In this document: positions 1 to 8,980 of the stretch, in pieces
Position numbering within the stretch: the stretch's first letter is position 1
Layout: every line of letters begins with the position of its first letter
Assembly (NCBI GenBank): GCA_944387125.1
Contig: CALXDT010000105.1
Coordinates: 220 to 64,219 of the forward strand
Direction of reading: 5' to 3'
DNA: 64,000 bases
Source of the DNA: an uncultured Oscillospiraceae bacterium
Lineage (GTDB): Bacteria; Bacillota; Clostridia; Oscillospirales; Oscillospiraceae
The notes under the pieces: generated by a model
The model's input: only the letters and a program-made list of their open reading frames with translations
Databases searched by the model: none
What the model was told of the DNA's origin: nothing
Translations under genes and position numbers: made by a program

Positions 1-969
1 GACAGGGTGTCTTCCGCCCCCTTCCGCCGGATCCCCTTTCACGAGGCCATGGAGCGCTACGGCTCCGACAAGCCGGATCTGCGCATTGATCTGGAAATTC
101 AGGACATTACCGGGGAGGTTCAGGGCTGCGGCTTCGGCCCCTTCCAGGACGCTGTGGTCAAGGCCGTGGCAGTGGACAACTTCACCCAGGCGCGGAAGTG
201 GATCGACAAGCTGCTGGCGGACGTGGAAATGCAGACCGGCAGCAAGGCCTGCTGGGTGAAGGTGGATGAAAACGGAAACCTCACCGGCGGCGTCTCCAAG
301 TTCCTGACCCCCTGCCAGGAAGCCCTTACCGCCAAGCTGAACCTGAAGCCCGGCTCTTTTGTGTGCATGGCCGCGGGTAAAAAGGCCGCGGCGCAGAAAA
401 CCGCCGGGGTTATCCGCACCCTTTTGGGCAAACGGGTGCCCGGCCACTTTGACGAAGCGCAGTACGCCCTGTGCTGGATCGTGGACTTCCCCATGTACGA
501 GGTGGGCGAGGAATCCGGCCAGCTGGAATTCTGCCACAACCCCTTCTCCATGCCCCAGGGCGGCCTGAAGGCTCTGGAGGAAGCGGAAGGCAATACCGAG
601 AAGCTCCTGGCCATCAAGGCCGACCAGTACGACCTGGTGTGCAACGGCTACGAAAGCGCCTCCGGCGCGGTTCGGAACCACGATCCGGAAATTATGGTCA
701 AAGCCTTCCAGATGGTGGGGCTGGGGGAAGCGGACGTGAAGGCCAAGTTCCCTGCCATGTACAACGCCTTTACCTACGGCGCGCCTCCCCACGCAGGCGC
801 CGCCCCCGGCGTTGACCGGCTGATCATGCTGCTTACCGGCGAAGAGTCTATCCGGGAGGTCATCACCTTCCCCATGAATAAGAACGCCCAGGATCTGATG
901 ATGGGCGCGCCCACTGCCGTAGATCAGAGCCAGCTGGACACCGTCCACATTGCCCTGGCTGAGAAATAA
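1..969 (+). CDS. aspS: Aspartate--tRNA ligase, 5'-truncated by window edge
   Basis: [37 protein letters not shown] and motif-3-like GVDR; frame is open from base 1. Confidence 0.95.
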   Translation, partial: DRVSSAPFRRIPFHEAMERYGSDKPDLRIDLEIQDITGEVQGCGFGPFQDAVVKAVAVDNFTQARKWIDKLLADVEMQTGSKACWVKVDENGNLTGGVSKFLTPCQEALTAKLNLKPGSFVCMAAGKKAAAQKTAGVIRTLLGKRVPGHFDEAQYALCWIVDFPMYEVGEESGQLEFCHNPFSMPQGGLKALEEAEGNTEKLLAIKADQYDLVCNGYESASGAVRNHDPEIMVKAFQMVGLGEADVKAKFPAMYNAFTYGAPPHAGAAPGVDRLIMLLTGEESIREVITFPMNKNAQDLMMGAPTAVDQSQLDTVHIALAEK

Positions 970-974
970 GCGTT

Positions 975-1006
975 TCGCCCTGCGGTGCTGCCGCAGGGCG
1001 ATTTTT
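975..1006 (+). terminator. Intrinsic terminator after aspS
   Basis: TCGCCCTGCGG/CCGCAGGGCGA stem followed by TTTTT. Confidence 0.8.
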
Positions 1007-1025
1007 CAAAAAAATCCGCCGGAAC

Positions 1026-1052
1026 TGCAACCGGCGGAAGGATTTGTCGAGT
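1026..1052 (+). promoter_or_regulatory. Putative ECF-type (autoregulatory) promoter
   Basis: TGCAAC-N16-CGAGT just upstream of an ECF sigma gene; resembles the AAC...CGT ECF consensus. Confidence 0.45.
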
Positions 1053-1078
1053 AATTTTAGTAGAGAGGAGGGATCCCT

Positions 1079-1636
1079 GTGGAGGATGCCCAGATTGTGG
1101 CGCTGTACTGGCAGCGGGACGAGTCCGCCATCCGGGAGACGGAACACAAGTACGACCAGTATTTGCTGAAGGTGGCCAGGAATATTCTGGCCGACCTGGA
1201 AGACAGCCGGGAAAGTGTCAACGATACATATCTGGCCGCCTGGAATTCCATGCCCCCCCAGAAGCCCAATGTGCTGTCTGCCTACCTGGCCAAACTCACC
1301 CGCCGGATTTCCATTGACCTGTTCCGATACCGTACCCGCCAGAAACGCCAGGGTTCGGAGTATGCCCTGTCCTTAAGCGAGCTGGAGGACTGCCTGTCCG
1401 GAGGGAACAGCACCGAGGAACAGGTGGATGCCAAGCTCCTGGCGGAGGCCATAGCCGCCTACCTTCGCACCCTGCCGGAGACCTCCCGGCGTGCCTTTGT
1501 GGGCAGGTACTATTTTTTGGATCCGCTGAAGGAGGTCGCCGCCTACTGCGGCATCAGTGAGAGCAATGCCAAGTCCCTGCTGTACCGGATCCGGCTGGGG
1601 CTGAAAGACCATTTGACGCAGGAGGGGTATCTATGA
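1079..1636 (+). CDS. ECF sigma-70 factor
   Basis: MEDAQIVALYWQRDESAI N-terminus, ESVNDTYLAAW region 2, C-terminal region 4 HTH; GGAGG SD and GTG start. Confidence 0.9.
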   Translation: MEDAQIVALYWQRDESAIRETEHKYDQYLLKVARNILADLEDSRESVNDTYLAAWNSMPPQKPNVLSAYLAKLTRRISIDLFRYRTRQKRQGSEYALSLSELEDCLSGGNSTEEQVDAKLLAEAIAAYLRTLPETSRRAFVGRYYFLDPLKEVAAYCGISESNAKSLLYRIRLGLKDHLTQEGYL

Positions 1637-2439
1637 CAGCGGAAACCTTGCACGACGCACTGACCCTGCTGCCGGAGGATCTGGTGGCGGAAACGGATCA
1701 GGCGCGGCAGCGCCCCCGGGTGATTCAATGGAAGCGTTGGGCGGTCATGGCGGCCTGCGCGGCGCTGGTTTTGTGCGGAGGCCGGGTCGCCTGGGACTTT
1801 TTCACCCCCAAAGGCGGCACGGAAGCCGCGGTGGAGGCGGTTTTGCAGGGAACCGACAGCATCCGGATGGAGGATCAGGAATCTGCCGCGAATGCGGCGG
1901 CGGGCACGTACAAAACGGAAGAGGCAGGTCCGGAAAGCCCCATGGCGCAGAACCGCGCGCCGGACGCCTTTGCGCCGGCGGAGGATCTTCCGGAAGAAGA
2001 GGCTCAGATGGATGCCGCCGCCCAGGAGACAGAGGCGGAAGTCAGTACCTTCCTGGGGAAGCTCTGGAAGGATGAAGCAACCATCTGCTTCTGCCCCGAG
2101 GGTACCGGTGAACCCCTGGAAAAGTACCAAACCGCCCTGCTGCGCACCAGGGAAGCGCTGGATCAGCAGCTGGCCGAGCTGGAAGGTGCTTACAACCTGA
2201 GCGGCCTGAATCTGGAAGTTTATGATGAAAGCTGGTTCGAAGAAAACGACCTGCTGCTGGTGCGGCTGCCCGTCAGCGGCTGGTATCCGGACAGTATCAT
2301 CCCATCCGGGAACGGCTGGACATTGCGGCTGAATGCGGATTCCAGTTGGGAAGCTCCGGGAGAACAGTGGATTTTCCTGGATCTGAACCCCGATGTGATT
2401 TGGCCGGAGGATGCCATCGGCCTGGAACTGCTGCCCTAA
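1633..2439 (+). CDS. Putative membrane anti-sigma factor
   Basis: ATGA overlap with sigma; LHDAL..LPEDLV N-terminus, one TM helix, acidic external part. Confidence 0.7.
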   Translation: MTAETLHDALTLLPEDLVAETDQARQRPRVIQWKRWAVMAACAALVLCGGRVAWDFFTPKGGTEAAVEAVLQGTDSIRMEDQESAANAAAGTYKTEEAGPESPMAQNRAPDAFAPAEDLPEEEAQMDAAAQETEAEVSTFLGKLWKDEATICFCPEGTGEPLEKYQTALLRTREALDQQLAELEGAYNLSGLNLEVYDESWFEENDLLLVRLPVSGWYPDSIIPSGNGWTLRLNADSSWEAPGEQWIFLDLNPDVIWPEDAIGLELLP

Positions 2440-2444
2440 GAAAC

Positions 2445-2478
2445 AACCCCCCTTGGCGAAAAAGCCAAGGGGGGCTGT
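2445..2478. terminator. Hairpin between convergent genes
   Basis: CCCCCCTTGGC/GCCAAGGGGGG inverted repeat. Confidence 0.75.
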
Positions 2479-2518
2479 GTGCATTTTAGAAAACGGCCAA
2501 TGATTGTTCCGGCGTTCC

Positions 2519-3349
2519 TTACCAGTTCCGAAGGATGCAGGCGTCGGAAGGACAGTTGTTGAACATGTAGGCGGTATTGGTTTTGGAGGTGACGGTGAAG
2601 GAGGTCAGATCCAGGAATACCAGGCTTTCACAGTGCATAAACATACTGCCCATGTCCCGGACGCTGCAGGTGTCGAAGCTGGTCAGATCCAGGGAGGTGA
2701 GGGCTTTGCACCAGGCGAACATACACTGCATCTGGGTGACGTCGGTGGTGACGAAGTCCGAAACGTCCAGATCCTCCAGGGCGTAGCAGGCGTAGAACAT
2801 ATACTGCATCTGGGTTGTATAATCTGTGTGGAAGTTGCCGTCAAAGTTGATTTCCTCCACATGATCGTATCCGGCGAAAAGACCGCAGGCGTTTTCCGGG
2901 GCGCAGACGCCGCCTTCGCCGGCGATGTACAGGTCATAGAGCCTGCCGTTTTTTTCTGTCCAGGCCAGCACGGAACCGTCTTCCGCTTCCGATACGCACC
3001 AGCTGTCCCCGGGAGCGTCTTCCAGGGTGTCCAGGAAGGTGATGGTTTTGATCTGATCCCGGTATAGGTCGGAACCCAGCACCCGGCCGCCGGTGCGGTT
3101 GCGCAGGCGCTTCATGTCATAGAACACGTCCTCCATGAGCACGTTGTCCTCCCAGGAGGAGTCGGAGATTTGCTTCCGGTACCTGTCGAGGATGGCCTGG
3201 TAAGGGCTTTTTGTTTTGACGGAAGTTTCGGCGGGTTTCCAGGCGGAAGCGGACAAAAACATCGAGGATGCGGCAATGAGGGCGATCAGCATACACTTCC
3301 AAAAGCGGTGGGTAAGACCTTTGATCCGGGGGGACGGTAAAGATTTCAT
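2519..3349 (-). CDS. BspA/DUF285-like leucine-rich-repeat surface protein
   Basis: Hydrophobic signal-like N-terminus; about four 26-aa repeats of type MFxxCxxLxxLDLxxFxT; 78-bp DNA periodicity. Confidence 0.8.
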   Translation of the reverse strand: MKSLPSPRIKGLTHRFWKCMLIALIAASSMFLSASAWKPAETSVKTKSPYQAILDRYRKQISDSSWEDNVLMEDVFYDMKRLRNRTGGRVLGSDLYRDQIKTITFLDTLEDAPGDSWCVSEAEDGSVLAWTEKNGRLYDLYIAGEGGVCAPENACGLFAGYDHVEEINFDGNFHTDYTTQMQYMFYACYALEDLDVSDFVTTDVTQMQCMFAWCKALTSLDLTSFDTCSVRDMGSMFMHCESLVFLDLTSFTVTSKTNTAYMFNNCPSDACILRNW

Positions 3350-3598
3350 TGTGGCTCAGCTCCTTTTTCTGTGTAGGGATCCGGCAGCGGCGCTGACCGG
3401 AATCCGTACATATAGTATAGCACACCGGGAGACGATGGCGGCGAAGTGTTTTCCGCGGGGAATCAGAGGGCTCCCTGCTTTTTGCTGTCAGGAAGTATGG
3501 ATGTGACGCCGCGGGAAAGAACCGCCGGCAATGGGAAGGGAAGATCCGCTGTGATGGCTCCGGGCGGTATGCCGATGGCGGATCAGAGATTCGGCGGC

Positions 3599-4456
3599 TC
3601 AGCCCCAGAGGGTGGTGCAGCCGGTGTAGTCATAGAACTCCTGGAGCACCGCGTCCTGGATGGCTTTCAAGGTCTTGGGATCCCTGCCGCCCACAGGCTG
3701 GCCGTTGAGGGCGTTGGCGTGCAGGCAGAAGTTGGAGGAAGAGGTGACGATGATTTCGTCGGCGTTCTTTAAAAAGTCCATGGTAAAGGGCTTTTCCACC
3801 ACCGGGATTCCCAAGCGCCAGCAGGCTTGGATCATATGGGTTTTGGCGATGCCCCGGAGAATCAGCTGGTCATTGGGATGGGAATAGAATACCCCGTCCT
3901 TCAGCACGGATACGTTGGAATGGGCGCACTCGGTTACGATGTCTCCCCGGTGGAAAATCGTCTCCTGGCACCCGGCCAGTTTTGCCCGCTGAGAGGCGAG
4001 GACATTGGGAAGCAGGTTCAGGGTCTTGATATTGCAGTGGAAGAAGCGGGTGTCTTCCTCGTCATTGAGCTGGATGGGCTTGTTGGGATCGTTCAGATTC
4101 TGGGGACGGATCAGCACCCACAGCTTTCCCGGCAGCTCCGGGTCGTAAGCGTGGCTACGCGCTTCCACGCCCCGGGTCACTTGCCAATAGACGAAATTGA
4201 TTTTGCTGTCCACCCGGCTCAGAAGATCCGTCAGCAGCCTGCCCAGCTCCGCTTTTTCCATGGGGATCCTGATGTCCAGCACCCTGGCGGTGGTATAGAA
4301 TCGATCCAGATGATCCTGGAGAAGATAAACCTTTCCGTTGGCGCCCACAGTGGCGTCGTAGCAGCCGTCTCCAAAAAAGTGCACCCGGTCGTTAAAGGGA
4401 ACCATCAGCTCCTCGGGGGCGGCGATTCTGCCATCGTAATATGCCAGTGCTTTCAT
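3599..4456 (-). CDS. dat: Class IV PLP aminotransferase, D-amino-acid aminotransferase-like
   Basis: DRVHFFGDGCY, YWQVTRG..R.H, IKTLNLL (PLP Lys), ECAHSN, ILRGI. Confidence 0.8.
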   Translation of the reverse strand: MKALAYYDGRIAAPEELMVPFNDRVHFFGDGCYDATVGANGKVYLLQDHLDRFYTTARVLDIRIPMEKAELGRLLTDLLSRVDSKINFVYWQVTRGVEARSHAYDPELPGKLWVLIRPQNLNDPNKPIQLNDEEDTRFFHCNIKTLNLLPNVLASQRAKLAGCQETIFHRGDIVTECAHSNVSVLKDGVFYSHPNDQLILRGIAKTHMIQACWRLGIPVVEKPFTMDFLKNADEIIVTSSSNFCLHANALNGQPVGGRDPKTLKAIQDAVLQEFYDYTGCTTLWG

Positions 4457-4470
4457 GTTTCCTACACTCC

Positions 4471-4586
4471 TTAAGGAATTTCCAAATCCATCGTCTTCGG
4501 CGGAATGCCGGATCCGTGCAGCGGAAAAAAGTGGGAAACCATACAGGATTCCTCCGCTTTTGCCGATTTCATTGGAGCTTCCTTGA
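4471..4586 (-). repeat. Dispersed TIR-bounded element, copy A, in the dat 5' leader
   Basis: Ends TTAAGGAATTTCCAA / TTGGAGCTTCCTTGA; internal AATCCTGTATGG and CGGCATTCCGCCG shared with copies at 10822 and 57543. Confidence 0.75.
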
Positions 4587-4672
4587 TTTTGTGACTGAGC
4601 ATCCGGGGAACCGTTCCGCCGGCGCCGTTATGCCCAACGCCGATTCCACGGTGTTTGGATCAGTTCCACCCT

Positions 4673-4701
4673 ATTATCCAATGCCAACCCCGCCGTGTCA
4701 A
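4673..4701 (-). promoter_or_regulatory. SigA promoter of dat
   Basis: TTGACA-17-GATAAT on the minus strand. Confidence 0.7.
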
Positions 4702-4804
4702 TACAATGATCATAATTTTTGTTTCTCCACGGGCGGCCGGTGTACCGGCTATCCCCGCGCGCTCCTTCATTTTCCCGGAGGTTTCAGGGCTGTTCCCGGA
4801 AAGC

Positions 4805-4843
4805 ACCGGGTCTGCCTCCCGTTCACGGGAAGCAGACCCGGTT
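4805..4843 (-). terminator. Hairpin downstream of the blaR-like gene
   Basis: ACCGGGTCTGC-TCCCG / CGGGA-GCAGACCCGGT inverted repeat. Confidence 0.55.
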
Positions 4844-4916
4844 GTTCAAAACCATCCGCCGCGGCCGGGAGCCTGACGACAGGCGATCCCCCCATGGGAA
4901 AGGGATGCACCGCTGC

Positions 4917-7076
4917 CTATCCCAGCACGGCATTCAGCAGCTGGCACATTTCCTCAAAGTTTCCGTAGGATTCCAGCTGCCATCCGTTTTCTTGGAATTT
5001 CCGCTCCGCCCCCAGAATGACGCACAGGACGTCCTTTCCATCCTGCCGGGCGGTGCAGATACAGCTTGCCGTCCCCCGGAAGAAGGCGAAGCCGCCGGTT
5101 ACGCGGACATCGTAGAATTCCGGAATGGTAGCATTGTCAAGGATATAGTTGGCTGTATAGACGGTGTATTCCTCGCCATTGTCCGGGAACCGGCAGGTAT
5201 ACGACCGGGTTGACCAGATTCTGGACAGACAGTCGTTTTGCAGCATCCGGCTTACAAGGCGCATGGTATCCGCTCCGGTGGTATACTGCCCCTCTGCATG
5301 GCCGTAAAGGTCGGTATAGAATGTATCCTGGCAGAGGGATTCTGCGTACTGGTTCATCTTCGATACCATGGCTTCCTCGCTGCCGGCGTCGAACCGGGCC
5401 AGGGCGTAGGCCGCATCATCGCAGCCCCGGATCAGCATCAGGGTCAGAAGATCCTCCACGGTCATCTGCTCCATGCGCTCCAGGGACAGCCGGGGCTCTG
5501 AGAACGGGAAGGCTGTCTGGTAAACTTCCCGGTTGTTCAAATAGGCCGGGAGGGCGGTGGTGTCCACCAGTTCCTCCGGGTCATGGTTTTCCAGTACCAC
5601 CAGTGCCAATGCCAGCTTGTTCAGATGGCCGGGGGCGACGGTTTCCAGACGCTGATAGCTGTACAGCAGCTCCCCGGAAGCAAGATCGTAAGCACTGGCG
5701 TCCGCCGCGGTTGCCGGGACGTAGGCGGCAGGATCCTCCGCCCGCCGCTTCAGAAGCAAAACCCTGCGGGAATCGGAACGGACATCTTCCAGGTAATATT
5801 CATTATGGCTCAGAACCAGATTTGCGGAGGCCAAAGTATCTGTGACGGGAATCGACCCCAGGGCGCCGGTAGCCTCACACAGCTGCCAGGTTTCCCGTCC
5901 GTCTGACAGATCCGGGTTGACGATGGTCATCACAGCCCCCGGCTCCGTCAGAAGAATGGTCTGGGTATATTCCTGTCCCGCCGCATCCTGCGTCGTTTGG
6001 GTTTTCACACCGGATACCTTTGTGAATTCCAGATGCAGCGCTCCGTTGGTATAGGTGTAGAAGCCGTCCAGCGGTGTAAAGCCGGTTTCCTCCGATGCGG
6101 CGCTTTCCGCCGATGCCGATTGTGTCCCGGCGGCGTCTTCTTCCCTCGGATTGGTCAGAAAGAAAACTGCCGCCGCTGCGGTAATCACCAGCACGGCCGC
6201 CGCCGCCCAAAGACTGGCCTTTTTGAAGCGCAGCACATTCCGGATCCGGGATTTTACACTGCTCTCGCCAAAGGCTACCGGGCATGCCGCCATGGCGCGT
6301 CTGGGAGCGGCACAGGCCAGAAGGGCGCTGGAATAGGCTTTCTTCTCTTCGATGTCCAGACCCGTAACCGCGCGCTCGTCGCAGGCCATCTCCAAATCCC
6401 GGCAGAACAGCGCATACCCGATCCAGACCAGGGGGTTAAACCAGTACACCGAAAGCAGGAGAAAGCCCAGGGGCTTCCACAGATTGTCGTGATTGCGCAG
6501 GTGGGCGCGTTCGTGCCGCAGGACATAGGTTTGGTGTTCCGGATCCAGACCGGAAGGCAGATAGATTTTGGGATTCCAGATTCCCAGAATAAAGGGAGTG
6601 GCAATGGCATCGCACAGATAGAGATTGCCCTCCAGGCGCAGGGAGGCGCGCACCTGCCTTGCCAGCCGGAAATAGCTGAAAACTGTGTACAGCAGCATTG
6701 CCGCCAAGCCTGCAAGCCACAGGGCAGAGGCGGCAGTCAGGACAATCTGCATGGGATTGACGCTTGCCGCGGCGGCTGGGGCGAAACGCTCCCCGATAAT
6801 GGGATTGACGGTGCTGTCAATCACCGGAACGCCGCTGTCAATGGCAGGGGCGGGGGAAAGGGCAATATCCGCGGGAATCGGATCGCTTTTCGGAATCAGG
6901 CTCAGGGAGCTTTCCAAAGAAACCGGCAGCGCCAGACGAATCCCCACCAGGGCCCACAGCCACAGAAGCAGGCTCTTCGGAACCTTCCGCAGGATCAGCC
7001 GCAGCACCAGAACCGCCAGAATCAGGTAGCTGGCGGTAATGCTCAGATTGGCAAAATGCAAAAACACATCACACAT
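4917..7076 (-). CDS. BlaR1/MecR1-like M56 metallopeptidase fused to a degenerate S11 DD-carboxypeptidase domain
   Basis: HERAH zinc motif, WFNPLVW, EMACDE; C-terminal S11-like fold; GGAGG SD before ATG 7076. Confidence 0.85.
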   Translation of the reverse strand: MCDVFLHFANLSITASYLILAVLVLRLILRKVPKSLLLWLWALVGIRLALPVSLESSLSLIPKSDPIPADIALSPAPAIDSGVPVIDSTVNPIIGERFAPAAAASVNPMQIVLTAASALWLAGLAAMLLYTVFSYFRLARQVRASLRLEGNLYLCDAIATPFILGIWNPKIYLPSGLDPEHQTYVLRHERAHLRNHDNLWKPLGFLLLSVYWFNPLVWIGYALFCRDLEMACDERAVTGLDIEEKKAYSSALLACAAPRRAMAACPVAFGESSVKSRIRNVLRFKKASLWAAAAVLVITAAAAVFFLTNPREEDAAGTQSASAESAASEETGFTPLDGFYTYTNGALHLEFTKVSGVKTQTTQDAAGQEYTQTILLTEPGAVMTIVNPDLSDGRETWQLCEATGALGSIPVTDTLASANLVLSHNEYYLEDVRSDSRRVLLLKRRAEDPAAYVPATAADASAYDLASGELLYSYQRLETVAPGHLNKLALALVVLENHDPEELVDTTALPAYLNNREVYQTAFPFSEPRLSLERMEQMTVEDLLTLMLIRGCDDAAYALARFDAGSEEAMVSKMNQYAESLCQDTFYTDLYGHAEGQYTTGADTMRLVSRMLQNDCLSRIWSTRSYTCRFPDNGEEYTVYTANYILDNATIPEFYDVRVTGGFAFFRGTASCICTARQDGKDVLCVILGAERKFQENGWQLESYGNFEEMCQLLNAVLG

Positions 7077-7443
7077 GTTCGTTCCTCCCGTCGTATTCCG
7101 CAATCATCTTCCGGATTTCGGAAATATCCCTGTCAGACAAACCGCCGCTTTCCGCGAAGGCGGCAATGAACGCGGGCAGGGAGCCGGAAAAGACATCCTC
7201 CACAAACCCTTTGCTCTGCCGCGCCTGGAATTCCCTTTGGGACAGAATGGATGTTACCATACCGTTGACATTCTGGAAAATTCCCTTTTCGCAGAGCTTC
7301 TTCAGCACCGTGTAGGTGGTGGATTTCTTCCATTCCAGTTCCTTCGCGCAGAGCTTTACCAGATCGCCGGAGCGGATGGGCTCATTAGCCCAAATCAAAT
7401 CCGCAAATCGCGCCTCTACCACGCCCAGCCGCAAATCATCCAT
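7069..7443 (-). CDS. BlaI/MecI/CopY family repressor
   Basis: WKKSTTYTVLKKLCEKG and FSGSLPAFIAAF; overlaps the M56 gene. Confidence 0.93.
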   Translation of the reverse strand: MDDLRLGVVEARFADLIWANEPIRSGDLVKLCAKELEWKKSTTYTVLKKLCEKGIFQNVNGMVTSILSQREFQARQSKGFVEDVFSGSLPAFIAAFAESGGLSDRDISEIRKMIAEYDGRNEHV

Positions 7444-7460
7444 AACAGCACCTCCTGTTT

Positions 7461-7520
7461 GGTCTATTGACTATAGACCTTTCTTGCAGTTTATCACCAA
7501 TAGACCATTTTGTCAATAGG
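7461..7520 (-). promoter_or_regulatory. blaI promoter with putative operator
   Basis: TTGACA(7511-16)-17-TAAACT with extended TG; GGTCTA-N7-TAGACC palindrome (7461-79) and extra CAATAG half-sites. Confidence 0.7.
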
Positions 7521-8002
7521 AAGTTATGTCGCCATCGGATGGCGCGGCTGCGGAGCGGATCTGCTTTTGGGGGTTTTGGTTCTTCCTGCTCAAAAACAAA
7601 CACCTCCAAACCTGCCGCAAGACAACAAAGCCGGTAGGATTATGAATCATGTGTACGGAACAACGCAAAAGTCCTTGCAAGCCAAGGCTTTCCGGACTTT
7701 TTTGCGTTGCACCTGTTTGGATGATGCGGTGCGCCGCATCATCCAAACTACACATGGATACACGCCTGAATTAAAAAAATGCTGGAAAGAGCCGCTTTTA
7801 TGGAATGACACACCGAAGGTGTGTGAATCAGGCGTGATAACGACTGATTCAGCAGACATGAATTGTAGAATCCGGTCATTATGATTTCAAAATCTGCGAC
7901 CATAAAAGGCGGATAAAAGGTGACATCATTTTCGCTTCATATGGTTCCATGAAACTTCATTTGATTTCTGCATTTTACAAAACATGAAAAAAGCAAGAAA
8001 AA

Positions 8003-8039
8003 GCACCGAAAATCAGGTGAAACTCCTGATTTTCGGTGC
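8003..8039 (-). terminator. Terminator of tRNA-Arg
   Basis: GCACCGAAAATCAGG/CCTGATTTTCGGTGC 15-bp stem with a T-run on the minus strand. Confidence 0.85.
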
Positions 8040-8047
8040 AAATTCCA

Positions 8048-8123
8048 TGGTACGCCGGAAGGGACTCGAACCCCCAACCCTCGGAACCGGAATCCGATGC
8101 TCTATCCATTGAGCCACCGGCGC
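8048..8123 (-). tRNA. tRNA-Arg (anticodon CCG)
   Basis: 76-nt cloverleaf GCGCCGG...TTCCGGT...GTTCGAGTCC...CCA; TTTACA-17-TATAAT promoter at 8145-8173. Confidence 0.97.
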
Positions 8124-8353
8124 GTGCTTTTTTGTAGCTTGCCTATTATAACAGCCTTTTTTCAATTTGTAAAGAGGGGAAATGAAAAAAATTCGAAAAT
8201 CCCACCGGGGAGCGGCGGGGCAGTGGAAGCGCGTTTCCGGAAGGCAGCGCTGGGAAAAAGGTCATTTTTGACGAAAACAGTTGTTTTTCCCGGGGATCTG
8301 TGATATACTTCAAATGATAAGGAACCCAATGGGGGAGCAAGGAGAGATACGTT

Positions 8354-8926
8354 ATGAGCGTGCCGCAGAATTTTCGCAGTGCCTTCCACGGATTCAACCG
8401 GGAGGATGTGGCCAGCTACCTGGAATATCTCAATAAGAAATACCAGAACCAGATCAACCAGCTCACCGCTGAGATAGAAGAGCTGCGCAGCCATGGGGCG
8501 GATCCCCAGCTGCCCCAGACCCGGGAAGCGCTGGAGGAATATGTCCGTGAGGCGACTGCCCAGCTGGCCGCGCAGCTGAAAGAGGAGCAGGACGCCCGGG
8601 CGGAGCTGGAAGCCCGGTGCGCCGAATTGGAAGCGGCCGGGGAGGAAGCGGCAGAGCAGGAAACGCCAGGCCGGGAGCTGGAAGCCTATCGCCGGGCGGA
8701 GCGGATTGAGCGCAGCGCCCAGGAGCACTCCCAGCTGGTGTACTACCGGGCCAACGGCGTGCTTGCGGAGGCTGCGGGGAAGGTGGAAAGCGCCGCCGCG
8801 GAGCTGACCCGGCTTGCCGACGAGACGTCGGATCATCTGACCCGGCTTCAGGTGGCGGTCAGCGCCAGCAAGCAGGTTTTGCAGGAGACGGCTTCCCTGA
8901 TGAATACCATTCGACCCAACAATTGA
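8354..8926 (+). CDS. DivIVA-domain coiled-coil protein
   Basis: FRSAFHGFNREDVASYL N-terminus followed by coiled coil; TTGTTT-17-TATACT promoter. Confidence 0.8.
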   Translation: MSVPQNFRSAFHGFNREDVASYLEYLNKKYQNQINQLTAEIEELRSHGADPQLPQTREALEEYVREATAQLAAQLKEEQDARAELEARCAELEAAGEEAAEQETPGRELEAYRRAERIERSAQEHSQLVYYRANGVLAEAAGKVESAAAELTRLADETSDHLTRLQVAVSASKQVLQETASLMNTIRPNN

Positions 8927-8931
8927 TGATC

Positions 8932-8967
8932 GGGAGCGTATGCCCATGGGGATGCGCTCCTTTTTTT
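8932..8967 (+). terminator. Terminator between divIVA-like gene and fliB
   Basis: GGAGCGTAT..ATGCGCTCC stem plus T7 immediately before the fliB SD. Confidence 0.65.
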
Positions 8968-8980
8968 GAGGAGGTTTGCC

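Noticed and set aside
3370-3598. Possible fourth degenerate copy of the dispersed element (ATCAGAGGGCTCCCT, GGCGGTATGCCG)
   Set aside because: Only short motif fragments in inconsistent order; cannot be supported without an alignment.
7510-7884. 124-aa ORF
   Set aside because: Overlaps the blaI promoter, lacks an SD and has no recognisable motif.
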